In this document: piece after piece, positions 55,002-64,000 of the stretch
Numbering within the stretch: position 1 is the stretch's first letter
How the letters are laid out: each line of letters begins with the position of its first letter
Virus record (IMG/VR): IMGVR_UViG_3300023218_000040
Coordinates: 96,001 to 160,000 of that record
Reading direction: 5' to 3' (one strand)
DNA: 64,000 nucleotides
Origin: a virus
Taxonomy: Duplodnaviria; Caudoviricetes
The notes under the pieces: model-generated
Seen by the model: the letters and a program-made list of their open reading frames with translations, nothing else
What the model was told of the DNA's origin: nothing
Databases searched by the model: none
Made by a program: the position numbers and the translations under genes

Positions 55002-57164
55002 ATGCACATCAAAGAAGATATCAAGTTGGACTACTCGGACGTTCTTATTTGTCCCAAAAGGTCAACTCTTGGTAGTCGTTCTGCCGTAGAACTAATCCGA
55101 ACCTACAAATTCCGTCACGGCAAGAAATATTGGAGTGGCGTGCCTATTATGGCAGCCAACATGGATGGCGTCGGTACTTTCTCCATGGCCAAGGTGCTTC
55201 AGAAGCATGGCATGATGACAGTCATTCGAAAGCACTACACGTTGAACGATTGGCAGAAGAATGCTAATGATTTGGATTGGAACTACATTGTGGCATGCAC
55301 GGGCAGCAATGCGATCTTTGATAACGATGCAACCGACTATAAACTCCTTCATCAAGTATGCGAGCGTTGGCCAGTACGGCATATATGCATCGATGTTGCG
55401 AACGGTTACCAGGAGAACTTTGTCGAATTCGTTGAGCAAGTTCGCAACGACTTCCCTGAACATACTCTGATTGCTGGAAATGTCTGCACGCCCGAAATCA
55501 CCGAGCAGTTGATCCTGAGCGGTGCCGACATTGTGAAGGTGGGTATTGGTCCAGGATGTCTTGCTGCTGGCAGTAGAATCCTCATGTCGAATGGGTTGTA
55601 CAAAAACATTGAGGATGTACAAGCGGGTGATCGGGTAATAGTACAAAGTGGTAATGCCGCTACAGTTAACCGGCAATTCTCTACCGGATATCGACAGGTC
55701 ACTTCAGTGACAAATGGTTCTTTTCATCGACCTTTGATTCTGACGCCAGATCATCGATGTTTCTTAGGAGACCTATCATCCACTTCGAAATCTACTGTTC
55801 AGTCTCGTGGCTATCGAAAGATCTTAGAAAAGCCCACCAGAACCGGAGAATCCAAACTGCGATGGATGCCCATCGAAGATGCGGAACATACTGTAGCATT
55901 GATGCCTAAAACAATCGAATTCGAATTGCCTGATTCTTTCGATGTAGACATTTCTGAACACTTTACTCGAAACCATGAGTATAAAACTTGTGTCGAGTCT
56001 AATTATGACTTCGGATATGTACTTGGTTTCTTTCTTGGTGACGGAAATGCCAATGTTCGCACAAATCATACTGTGGATGGTGATTCCACATCCGGACAAC
56101 TGCGTTGGTATCTGAATGCCAACGACACGGTGATGATTCAGAAGCTAGTGCAAGCAATCGGCAATGTAACCGGAAAGGAACCAGTATTGGAAACGAGTGG
56201 TTCGGTTACACATGTCGTTCTGTATTCCAAACAGTGGACTGAATTCTTTGCCACATTTGGGAAGCAAGAGAAAAAGCACATCCGAGAAGAATTCATGTGT
56301 CTGAACAAAGAATACAATACCGGTCTTCTGGATGGATTGGTTGATTCTGATGGATTCACCAGTAATGATGGTCGCATCGGATTTACTAACACATCAGAAT
56401 CATTGATTGAGTTGTTCGATGTGGTTTGCTATCTGGTGCATGGTAGCTTCCCGACATCTTCGTCTAAAGGAATCTGTCATTCTGCCCTTATACCGAATAC
56501 TACGAAAGAAGCCTTCGTTAGTCGATTGAATGTTTCCCATGAGGCCCGACTGTTAGATGATTACGGTGTTGTAAAAATTCTAAACCGTACCGAACATAAC
56601 ATTGAGGTTGAGGTTTTTGATTTGGAAATCGATGACCCATCACATAGTTTCATTGCTAACAATATGATTGTTCATAATTCGGTCTGTACGACTCGCATCG
56701 TGACTGGCGTTGGCTATCCGCAGCTATCTGCGGTAATCGAGTGCGCTGACATTGCTCACCAACACAAAGGCATGGTCATCGCTGATGGTGGATGCACTGT
56801 TCCTGGTGACGTTGCCAAGGCTTTTGGTGGCGGTGCTGATTTCGTGATGCTTGGTGGTATGCTCGCTTTCCATGACGAGTCTGAAGAAGTTGATGAGTCT
56901 GATGGTACGGTGAAGTTCTACGGAATGAGCAGCAACGATGCAATGGGTCGTCATGGTGCTCGAAAGGATGGATATCGTACAGCCGAAGGTAAGGCTGTAG
57001 AGATGGAGTCCCGTGGTCCTGTGAACAACACTGTCGAGGAAATCTTGGGCGGTCTCAAGTCTACCTGCACGTATGTTGGTGCGGAGTCACTGAAGGAGCT
57101 AAGTAAGCGTACCACATTCGTACGAGTCAACCGAACTCACAACAGAGTATTTGGAGACGGGTAA
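55002..57164 (+). CDS. guaC: GMP reductase interrupted by an intein
   Basis: KLDYSDVLI.PKRSTL.SR, ANMDGVG, CIDVANGY, KVGIGPG[intein]SVCTTR, ADGGC, FVMLGGM, FYGMSS and LGGLKSTCTYVGA. Confidence 0.93.
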   Translation: MHIKEDIKLDYSDVLICPKRSTLGSRSAVELIRTYKFRHGKKYWSGVPIMAANMDGVGTFSMAKVLQKHGMMTVIRKHYTLNDWQKNANDLDWNYIVACTGSNAIFDNDATDYKLLHQVCERWPVRHICIDVANGYQENFVEFVEQVRNDFPEHTLIAGNVCTPEITEQLILSGADIVKVGIGPGCLAAGSRILMSNGLYKNIEDVQAGDRVIVQSGNAATVNRQFSTGYRQVTSVTNGSFHRPLILTPDHRCFLGDLSSTSKSTVQSRGYRKILEKPTRTGESKLRWMPIEDAEHTVALMPKTIEFELPDSFDVDISEHFTRNHEYKTCVESNYDFGYVLGFFLGDGNANVRTNHTVDGDSTSGQLRWYLNANDTVMIQKLVQAIGNVTGKEPVLETSGSVTHVVLYSKQWTEFFATFGKQEKKHIREEFMCLNKEYNTGLLDGLVDSDGFTSNDGRIGFTNTSESLIELFDVVCYLVHGSFPTSSSKGICHSALIPNTTKEAFVSRLNVSHEARLLDDYGVVKILNRTEHNIEVEVFDLEIDDPSHSFIANNMIVHNSVCTTRIVTGVGYPQLSAVIECADIAHQHKGMVIADGGCTVPGDVAKAFGGGADFVMLGGMLAFHDESEEVDESDGTVKFYGMSSNDAMGRHGARKDGYRTAEGKAVEMESRGPVNNTVEEILGGLKSTCTYVGAESLKELSKRTTFVRVNRTHNRVFGDG
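55557..56678 (+). mobile_element. Intein (374 aa) with LAGLIDADG endonuclease
   Basis: Starts CLAAGSRILM, block B LTPDHRC, VLGFFLGDGN and LDGLVDSDG, ends VFDLEI...MIVHN followed by Ser+1. Confidence 0.92.
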
Positions 57165-57171
57165 TGCCCGT

Positions 57172-57315
57172 TTGAAAGATGCTTGTCCCCTTTGTGGTAA
57201 TGAGAAAGATAAGCGGTCACGGCGCTGTAAAAAGTGTTTCATGACAAAAATCAAACCAAGAAGTGGAACAGGAAACGGATGGGTGTTGCATTCCACTGGT
57301 TACATTACTGCATGA
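57172..57315 (+). pseudogene. Truncated N-terminal remnant of an HNH-type homing endonuclease
   Basis: LKDACPLCGNEKDKRSRRCKKCFMTKIKPRSGTGNGWVLHSTGYITA* has a CxxC...CxxC finger and a G.W.....GY motif but no HNH core before the stop. Confidence 0.4.
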
Positions 57316-57374
57316 TATGGATAGCGAAACAGCTAAAGAACTAAGCAAACTAGGTCATTTGGAAAGATAGGGTT

Positions 57375-57590
57375 ATGTGTCCAATTTATGAATACCGGTG
57401 TACTGTCTGTGGCCATGAGCTAGAGGAGATACAGAAATTCAGTGATGATCCACTTGTGAAGTGCCCCAAGTGCAACAAGCCAAAGTTGGAAAAGCAGATC
57501 TCACTGAGTACCTTCCACCTGAAAGGTAGCGGTTGGTACAAGAAAAAGAACACCATTGAAATCAAGAAGCACGAATCGCTCAAAGATTGA
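57375..57590 (+). CDS. FmdB-family zinc-ribbon protein
   Basis: PIYEYRCTVCGH..E..Q..SD.PL..CPKC...LEK.IS...F.LKGSGWY. Confidence 0.88.
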   Translation: MCPIYEYRCTVCGHELEEIQKFSDDPLVKCPKCNKPKLEKQISLSTFHLKGSGWYKKKNTIEIKKHESLKD

Positions 57591-57644
57591 TTTCTGAATA
57601 TTCGGTGTATACATTCATAGTGGTCAATAACGAGGACCACTATC

Positions 57645-58154
57645 ATGCGTTGGTTTCATGTTGTAGCAAAAATTTGTAAGTCTCTAGGTCTCTACCATCT
57701 TATTCTGGATAGGGAGAATAATGAGCCATATCTTCACAGATACTACTTGTTGAATACCCGTTGGCTTGATCCAATTTTTCCCAAGCTGTCCTATCGACTA
57801 GTTCTTCACAACTGTGTGAAGTCTGATATTGATGGACTGCATGATCATCCGTGGGATTGGAAATCTATGATCCTGGAGGGTGGATATTGGGAGACCCTTC
57901 CGATAGTCAACAATGACTCGATGACTGAAGATATTAAACCCCAGAAGGTTCGAAGGATTTGGCGTGGTCCGGGTAATGGTTGGCGTTCGTGCAAATCTAC
58001 TGATTATCACCGATTAGAGCTTCCGCATGAAGGTGCTGAATGTTGGTCTCTGTTCCTGATGGGTCCACGGAAGAAGGATTGGGGCTTTCAGGACCGTAAT
58101 GGAAACTGGGTTCGGTGGGATGAATACATCAACAACCGAGAGAAGTATATCTGA
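57645..58154 (+). CDS. Cupin-fold phage protein
   Basis: YLHRYYL...LH...SD...LHDHPW...S.IL.GGY.E...YHR.EL...WSLFL.GP....WGF. Confidence 0.6.
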   Translation: MRWFHVVAKICKSLGLYHLILDRENNEPYLHRYYLLNTRWLDPIFPKLSYRLVLHNCVKSDIDGLHDHPWDWKSMILEGGYWETLPIVNNDSMTEDIKPQKVRRIWRGPGNGWRSCKSTDYHRLELPHEGAECWSLFLMGPRKKDWGFQDRNGNWVRWDEYINNREKYI

Positions 58155-58349
58155 CATCGTTCTACTAAAGTCCCAGAAAACTCCACATCATCCAGATGAG
58201 GATTTGAGAAAACCGATTAAATACCATCGGGAGCAACTGGATAGGGTATCAAAGAGTTTGGATTCGACAGTAGCATTGGCGACGTTAGCCGTAGGTTGGA
58301 GTATTCTGAGAATAAAAAGACTAAATTCTACAGTTTCCTGGGGAAAACC

Positions 58350-58378
58350 TAGACAATCGCCCAACGCTGTGTTATAGT
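58350..58378 (+). promoter_or_regulatory. sigma70-type promoter TAGACA-N17-TATAGT
   Basis: 17-bp spacer and TG extended -10, upstream of ATG 58431. Confidence 0.65.
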
Positions 58379-58430
58379 ATGCCTCACGCTGACAAAATGT
58401 TTCCCGTAACAGCACACGAGGGCAGAACCA

Positions 58431-59834
58431 ATGAATGATGACAATACACCGGAGGTCGGGACCGACGGTCTAAAGGCTGCGATGGACCATGCCGTCACCC
58501 CTTCCGGGCTACTGACTTGTCTGGAGCACCTTCTGAGTAGCCGAACCACTGACGGCGGATCCAAAGAGCAGGCAGCCGTGATGGTTTGGGGTGCCATGGG
58601 CATCGGCAAGACCGACGTGGTTCGCAGCGTCGGCAAGCTGTGGGGCATGCGAATCGTGGCTCTCCACCTTCCGCAGTTCGATCCCACCGACATCAAGGGC
58701 ATCCCCGTCAAGATGGAGGACGACAAGGTGGTTTGGGTTCCGTCGAGCTACCTCCCGCAGTTCGTCACCCGGCGCATCACCGAGTCGAAGACCGCTGAGA
58801 CCATCGATTTCCACTGGCCCGCCGCCGATGGAGTCATGGTGCACGTTCGCAAGGACGGCAAGACCGTGGGTCGCTTCAACGACCAGATGAACGGCGACCT
58901 GAACAAGCTCGAACTCAATGTCGAGATCAACGAGGGTGAAGTCACGGTCAGCGGTAAGGATCTTCAGGGTCTGGAGATCGAGGTCGTGGACAAGGCCATT
59001 ATCTTCCTGGACGAGTTGAGCGCTGCGGTGCCCGAGGTCCAGAACGCTGCCCTCCAGCTTGTGCTGGACCGCCGGGTGGGCGAGTACGACGTGCCGCCCT
59101 TCACGCCCATCGTCGCCGCCGGTAACCGGGAGTCGGACGCTGCGTTCGTAAGCCCGATGTCGGCTCCGCTGTGCAACCGCTTCGTCCACCTTCGCCTCGT
59201 GCCGAGCCTGGACGACTGGTTGGAGTGGGCGATGCTCAACCGGGTCCACCACGAAATCCTGGGCTACCTTCAGTGGAAGAAGAGCGGTCGCCTCTTTCAG
59301 TTCAACGCCGACTCGATGACCGAGGGTGACTGCGGATTCCCGACGCCCCGTTCGTGGTCGAAGCTCTCCGAGCAGATGCACGGCATCCACAGGTTGCCCA
59401 AGGCAGTGCAGGATTCCATCATCACCGGCTTCGTCGGAAAGGCTGTCGGTCACGAGTTCATCCAGTATCGTGAGGTCTGCGAGCTACTGCCGAGCACTGA
59501 CGATATTCTTCAGGGTAAGAACGTGGAAATCTCGGATGCTCTCGACGTGGGTGCGAAGTACGGTCTGGCGACGGCACTGTGCTACGCCATCAAGGAATAC
59601 TTTGACAAATACTACGACGAGAGCATCAGTGACGTAGAAAAGCAGCCTGATGAGTGGCGCACGGCGACCAAGGCGTTCTGTAACTTCATCGACCAGCACC
59701 TGGGTCGGGAGATGACGGTGCTCTGCGTGCACATCGTGTCGAAGCACCTGGGTATCTCCTTCACCACGTTCCGTGGCACGGAGTTCCAGGGCTTCGCCAA
59801 GAAGTACCGCACCATCCTCCGCAAGACCGTTTAA
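58431..59834 (+). CDS. MoxR-like AAA+ ATPase
   Basis: WGAMGIGKT, DPTDIKGIP, IIFLDEL, VAAGNR, PLCNRF and PTPRSW. Confidence 0.88.
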   Translation: MNDDNTPEVGTDGLKAAMDHAVTPSGLLTCLEHLLSSRTTDGGSKEQAAVMVWGAMGIGKTDVVRSVGKLWGMRIVALHLPQFDPTDIKGIPVKMEDDKVVWVPSSYLPQFVTRRITESKTAETIDFHWPAADGVMVHVRKDGKTVGRFNDQMNGDLNKLELNVEINEGEVTVSGKDLQGLEIEVVDKAIIFLDELSAAVPEVQNAALQLVLDRRVGEYDVPPFTPIVAAGNRESDAAFVSPMSAPLCNRFVHLRLVPSLDDWLEWAMLNRVHHEILGYLQWKKSGRLFQFNADSMTEGDCGFPTPRSWSKLSEQMHGIHRLPKAVQDSIITGFVGKAVGHEFIQYREVCELLPSTDDILQGKNVEISDALDVGAKYGLATALCYAIKEYFDKYYDESISDVEKQPDEWRTATKAFCNFIDQHLGREMTVLCVHIVSKHLGISFTTFRGTEFQGFAKKYRTILRKTV

Positions 59835-59848
59835 CGAGAGATCATCTC

Positions 59849-61324
59849 ATGGTATACCCAATGGCAATGTCTGGCAGTATCGTGGACTCTCGGGGCAACC
59901 CGTTCTTCGGAGCGGGTAGCCCCGGCACTCCCGATGATGTCCACAAGTTCCAGGCGAAGCTCGCCAACCGAATGGGTAAGGCGTATCGCAAGGACGACTT
60001 CAAGGATGAGGATGCCTACAACGAGATGATCGTGGCAAAGGCCAGGATGCTCAAGGATCTGCCTTTCTGGGGCATCCTGGCCTTGACGGTCAAGCTGGTG
60101 GAAGTGGATGAGATCCCAACACTGGCAACGGACGGCATTCACGTTTACTACAATGCCGAGTTCGTGAAGAAGCTCACCCGTGGCGAGCGTGTGTTCGCCA
60201 TGGCCCACGAGATCTATCACTGTCTGTACGAACATGCAGGCAAGAACACTCGTGCCATGTCATACATTGGCTTCAATCCCAGTGAGCGTGACCCGGCAAA
60301 AGTCGCTGACATTCGAGATAAACTGGCACTGTGGAACTACGCTGCGGACTTCATCGTGAATGATGGTCTGGTGGAGGCACGTGTCGGTGAGTTCATCAAA
60401 TCCATCGGAATCCTTCACGATGAGAAGTTTCGTGGATGGGCAGTGGAGGAGGTCTATGAACACCTTCAGCAGAACCCGAATGAGGTACCGAAGAACGCTC
60501 AGACGATGGACACACATATCGAAGTTGAGGTCGTGCCTGATGATGAGATGGGCGAAGGTGACGGTGAACAGCCGCAGCCGGGTGATGGCAATGGTCCCAT
60601 GAAGGTGCGAATCAAGCAGTCCGATTTCGAGAAGATGCAGAAAGACTGGCAAGACAACATGGTTTCGGCTGCGGCGGCTCAGAGGGAGCACGAGCAGCGC
60701 ACTCGTTCCGCCGGTTGCATCCCGACCGGAGTACAGAGGCTCATCGATCAGCTTTCCAAGCCGAAAGTGGACTGGAAGCGTGCGCTGCGCCGCTACGTGA
60801 TGGCGGTGACGCATCATCGCTACAGCTTCAGCCGTCCGAACAAGTCTCTGTTTAGTAACGGCTGGACTCTACCTGGGTTCCGTGATCGAGTGCATGAGCT
60901 TGATATCGTGGTCATGGTGGATACCAGTGGGTCCATCGGTCAGGAAGAATTGACAGCATTCGTGTCCGAACTTCAGGGTATCATGAATTCATGGAAGCGA
61001 TACAAGATTCACGCATGGTGCTTTGACGGCGCTGTCATCGAGGACAGCAAGGTCGAATTGGTCAAAGGCAGCCATGGTGCCTGGGACGACGTGAAGAAGT
61101 TCGCAGAGCGCATTGGTGGTGGCGGCGGTACTAACTTCGAAGTCAATTGGGATTATATGAAGGAGAACCGCATCAAGCCTCGGCTGGCTCTAATGCTCAC
61201 GGACGGCATGCCGTTCGGTAGCTGGGGTGACGTGAGCTACTGCCCGACTATGTACATGATTATCGGGAATCCCCGAGCCGAGGGTCCGAAGGGTGCAATC
61301 ACTATGCACTACGAGGATGCCTAA
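59849..61324 (+). CDS. DUF2201-type putative metallopeptidase plus VWA domain protein
   Basis: TLATDG..VYYN, HEIYH (HExxH), WNYAAD..VN; VWA MIDAS DTSGS; GGGGTNF and MLTDG. Confidence 0.85.
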   Translation: MVYPMAMSGSIVDSRGNPFFGAGSPGTPDDVHKFQAKLANRMGKAYRKDDFKDEDAYNEMIVAKARMLKDLPFWGILALTVKLVEVDEIPTLATDGIHVYYNAEFVKKLTRGERVFAMAHEIYHCLYEHAGKNTRAMSYIGFNPSERDPAKVADIRDKLALWNYAADFIVNDGLVEARVGEFIKSIGILHDEKFRGWAVEEVYEHLQQNPNEVPKNAQTMDTHIEVEVVPDDEMGEGDGEQPQPGDGNGPMKVRIKQSDFEKMQKDWQDNMVSAAAAQREHEQRTRSAGCIPTGVQRLIDQLSKPKVDWKRALRRYVMAVTHHRYSFSRPNKSLFSNGWTLPGFRDRVHELDIVVMVDTSGSIGQEELTAFVSELQGIMNSWKRYKIHAWCFDGAVIEDSKVELVKGSHGAWDDVKKFAERIGGGGGTNFEVNWDYMKENRIKPRLALMLTDGMPFGSWGDVSYCPTMYMIIGNPRAEGPKGAITMHYEDA

Positions 61325-62295
61325 TGTTTGCCAAAGGCGCATCTGCTATTACGCATGAGCTAGGCAAAGCCCGCATCACTGATCACGGACTGTACATGGA
61401 AGTACTGTTCCGTGATCGTGAGTTAATTGGTGACGTTATGGGGATAGGCGTCAGTACTGGTTTTCCCAAGCCAGTGAAGTTTGTAACCATCAAGAATTCC
61501 CCAACATCATACAGAATAGAATGGTGGACAAGAGGCAAGTGCCACAATCCCTTTGGCGGTCCATCTGTATACGTCCAATCACTAACGAATTTGAATGAGT
61601 ATTACACTCAGCCAAATGGGACATATGGGAGGGACAACGGCCCCTGTATAATCGAACATCAGTATGGTGTTTCATATCGAGAAGAATGGGCAAACAAGCA
61701 TGGCAAATTACATAGAGTTGGTGGTTCGTGCTATACCAATATTCGGTACGAAAAGGCGAACACCGAATTTGGTGAGTATCTGAAACATGTAGGTCATGAT
61801 CCGGAATTCATAATGTACATGCCGCCGATCACCAAGATTGATATCCTTCGTGATCAGACTTTCGAATGGAAACAGAATGGACAGTTCGTGGACAGCGATG
61901 ATCATTGGAGCCAACAAAGCGATCACAATGTTGCTGAAAGCATCCAAGTAACACCGGATCTTGATATTATTAAGACTTCAATAGTTGGCTCTCGTGAACT
62001 TCGTTGGTACAATTCCAATGGTGAACTAAATCGGTTGAACGGTCCTGCTGTGATCAAGTTCACTAATGTCAAGGAAGTATCTAAGAACGATAAATCCATG
62101 CCATGGCAATTCTCCGCCTGGAGAACCGAGTGGTTTATTAACGGAAAATTCATACCGTTTCTCAGAATAAACGATTGGGTGAAACGTAATGGGTTTCGAA
62201 TTAACAACCATCCATGTCATGACCGTAGAGCTTTCACTACGGATGAAGCTGAAGTTTGTTTCCTGGCTGATTTCGTGGGTGGTCATCCAAACTGA
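61324..62295 (+). CDS. Hypothetical protein with LHR/LNR..GP repeat motifs
   Basis: GKLHRVGG, GELNRLNGPAVI and EWFINGK, seen in phage and giant-virus MORN-variant-like proteins. Confidence 0.55.
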   Translation: MFAKGASAITHELGKARITDHGLYMEVLFRDRELIGDVMGIGVSTGFPKPVKFVTIKNSPTSYRIEWWTRGKCHNPFGGPSVYVQSLTNLNEYYTQPNGTYGRDNGPCIIEHQYGVSYREEWANKHGKLHRVGGSCYTNIRYEKANTEFGEYLKHVGHDPEFIMYMPPITKIDILRDQTFEWKQNGQFVDSDDHWSQQSDHNVAESIQVTPDLDIIKTSIVGSRELRWYNSNGELNRLNGPAVIKFTNVKEVSKNDKSMPWQFSAWRTEWFINGKFIPFLRINDWVKRNGFRINNHPCHDRRAFTTDEAEVCFLADFVGGHPN

Positions 62296-62918
62296 CTTTT
62301 CAGTTCTCTGGCAATCGCTGCGTTATTGAACGGCAACACACGCAGGGTTCGATTCAAATGCTTGCACACGATACCACGCTCGCCTGGATTTCTAATGCGT
62401 GGATATCTCTCTTCCGGATAGATCGCAGCATCTAGTACAGTACAAATGTACTGATATCCCCAATACAAAAATGATGGACATGTGCAGTGAAGTCTAATAT
62501 TCCCGACCCACAGCAATAAACGTGCTCTTTCATTGTAATCAAAATCGGGGTCAGAGCCGATATTATCCCATTCTTCAAACATGAAGCTGTTAATGTAGTT
62601 GATACGGTTCTTCTCGAACTCGGATGATGGTACCCGAAAGTTCATCGTGTTTCTTGGCTTGAAACCAATAAAGAATGCTCCCTGAAGTTCATCAGACCGA
62701 ATTTTCTGATTTAAGAATCCACCATCGATTTGCTGAGCCAACTGCTTGTACGTTGCTTCGTTGATCTGAGCAACTTCAGGCATAGACACCTGGACGTATG
62801 GAGAGAAATGCTCACATACATCACGCTCACTATTCCAATTAAGGGATCCCAGGCCATGTTCATGATCTTGGAATCCCCATTGGTATGTTGGCTCTTTCCT
62901 CAGTTCACCAAGGTTCAT
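62283..62918 (-). CDS. SWIM-like zinc-finger phage protein
   Basis: HCTCPSFLYWG...NP...G.VCKHL. Confidence 0.6.
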   Translation of the reverse strand: MNLGELRKEPTYQWGFQDHEHGLGSLNWNSERDVCEHFSPYVQVSMPEVAQINEATYKQLAQQIDGGFLNQKIRSDELQGAFFIGFKPRNTMNFRVPSSEFEKNRINYINSFMFEEWDNIGSDPDFDYNERARLLLWVGNIRLHCTCPSFLYWGYQYICTVLDAAIYPEERYPRIRNPGERGIVCKHLNRTLRVLPFNNAAIARELKSQFG

Positions 62919-62921
62919 ACT

Positions 62922-63449
62922 TTATACCGGCAGTCTGAAAGATTCCGCTCTACGTAGCCACCCCTTCAAGAACACTTTCTGGGATGGGTTGCCACTCACA
63001 ATGGCAAGATAGAACTTGATACGTTCTTCGACTAAAGCATTCTGTAGGTAGTTACCCATTTCAGCCTGTGCTTTTTCGCATGCACTGATAGTTTTGGGAC
63101 CAATTACGCCGTCTGGATGACCGGATGGGAAACCCGCTTGGTTCAAGATCTTCTGTAACATTTTGATAGCACGACGTGGCCCACTGTTTACACCAATATC
63201 AAATACCTTGATACCAGGGTTAGGCCAAGGTAGCTTATCAATCTTAGGACCGGTCAGGTACTTCTGACTGTAAATGGAACGAGCCTCTTCCTCAGTCATG
63301 TCACGCACTTCGTTAACCGAAACTGCGTATCCACGCCACTGAGAAAGAGTGTCCTGGGTGATACCGAAGTTCGTTGGACCGCCCCTATCGACCGAATTAT
63401 TAACAAAGCCCCCTTCATGTTCTAATATGATGTCTATTGGATTTTTCAT
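62922..63449 (-). CDS. Lysozyme, glycoside hydrolase family 108 with peptidoglycan-binding domain
   Basis: HEGGFVN...DRGGPTNFGITQ, FDIGVNSGP, DGVIGPKT and FLKGWLRR. Confidence 0.9.
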   Translation of the reverse strand: MKNPIDIILEHEGGFVNNSVDRGGPTNFGITQDTLSQWRGYAVSVNEVRDMTEEEARSIYSQKYLTGPKIDKLPWPNPGIKVFDIGVNSGPRRAIKMLQKILNQAGFPSGHPDGVIGPKTISACEKAQAEMGNYLQNALVEERIKFYLAIVSGNPSQKVFLKGWLRRAESFRLPV

Positions 63450-63468
63450 GTAACCGCCCCTATATCAG

Positions 63469-63474
63469 TAAATA
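63469..63474 (+). promoter_or_regulatory. T4-late-like core TAAATA upstream of the terminal endonuclease gene
   Basis: Plus-strand TAAATA in the divergent intergenic region. Confidence 0.35.
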
Positions 63475-63496
63475 TGATGAACTATCTACGTAGGAG

Positions 63497-63504
63497 TATT
63501 TATA
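63497..63504 (-). promoter_or_regulatory. Exact T4 late promoter TATAAATA (minus strand)
   Basis: TATTTATA on the plus strand, 47 nt upstream of the lysozyme ATG. Confidence 0.65.
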
Positions 63505-63506
63505 GG

Positions 63507-64000
63507 ATGGGTGGCAAGGCGTTTACATTGGAAGTTTTTTTGGAGAGAGCTAGAAAAATACATGGACTAACATATGATTACGGTTTGGTTAATTTTTCTT
63601 CCAGATTAGAAAAGGTATGCATTAAGTGTCCTATTCATGGAATTTTTGAACAAACTCCTGCAATGCACGTTCATTCTACTAAAGCAACTGGATGCCCAGA
63701 GTGTGGCAAAAATAGATTAAAGGAAGACAAGAAAGACTGGTGTTTGGATGAGATAAAAGAGTCTGCCAGATTAGTTCACGGTGACAAGTATGAATATCTT
63801 TCCATTATCAGGTCATCGCAGAAGCGTTTATTGATTAGATGCAAGAAACACGGAGAATTCGAGCAAACGGTACATTCTCACTTAAAGGGGCACGGTTGTT
63901 TCAAATGCAGTAGAGCTAAGGTATCTGAGAAGTTGAAGGATTCTTATTTAGATATCATTAAGAAAGCCAGACTTGTGCATGGAACAATATTTGATTACCT
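63507..64000 (+). mobile_element. Second DUF723-repeat putative homing endonuclease gene, 3'-truncated by the window (absent from the ORF track)
   Basis: Hand translation MGGKAFTLEVFLERARKIHGLTYDY...CPIHGIFEQ...GCPEC...VHGDKYEY...CKKHGEFEQ...GHGCFKC. Same repeat as 16146-17633; open to the window end. Confidence 0.75.

Noticed and set aside
58509-60817. Minus-strand ORFs of 314, 134 and 185 aa
   Set aside because: Antisense shadows of the MoxR and VWA genes caused by codon bias.
1-64000. Stop-codon reassignment (seen in some jumbo phages)
   Set aside because: Long genes are intact under code 11, and TAA, TGA and TAG (e.g. 45129-45131) all appear as genuine stops.
1-64000. CRISPR array, integrase/att site, rRNA
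   Set aside because: No regularly spaced direct repeats or such genes were seen by eye.

Overview
This window looks like part of a T4-related jumbo myophage genome; by gene content it resembles RaK2/Atu_ph07-like phages, which is an inference from recalled families rather than a search. It has four parts. (1) 1-21.9 kb: virion structural genes, including a gp6-like baseplate wedge, a 3426-aa protein and tail-fibre-like proteins, interrupted by a sigma70-driven amidoligase insert and a free-standing endonuclease. (2) 21.9-45.9 kb: a tightly coupled cluster of about 27 genes that reads like a biosynthetic or tailoring pathway. It has 4 glycosyltransferase-like proteins, 4 radical SAM enzymes (one B12-dependent and split by an intein inside its CxxxCxxC motif), 3 SGNH-like proteins, a NodU-type carbamoyltransferase, 7 AspH/LpxO-family Fe/2OG dioxygenases, a methyltransferase, a PLP enzyme, a sulfotransferase, a fatty-acid desaturase, a 35-aa micro-ORF and an acidic repeat protein. 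(3) 45.9-58 kb: nucleotide and RNA-repair or counter-defence genes (EndoVII-dCMP deaminase fusion, Pnkp, Rnl1-type RNA ligase, S41 protease, Lar-like protein, intein-containing GMP reductase) plus a circularly permuted two-piece tmRNA with tag ANDAVYDEEVLPLAA. (4) 58-64 kb: a MoxR AAA/VWA pair, a GH108 lysozyme and a second endonuclease. Two promoter classes are visible: sigma70-like (TTGACT-N17-TATAxT type) and T4-late-like (TA)TAAATA. All functional calls come from motif recognition by eye; no database searches were run.
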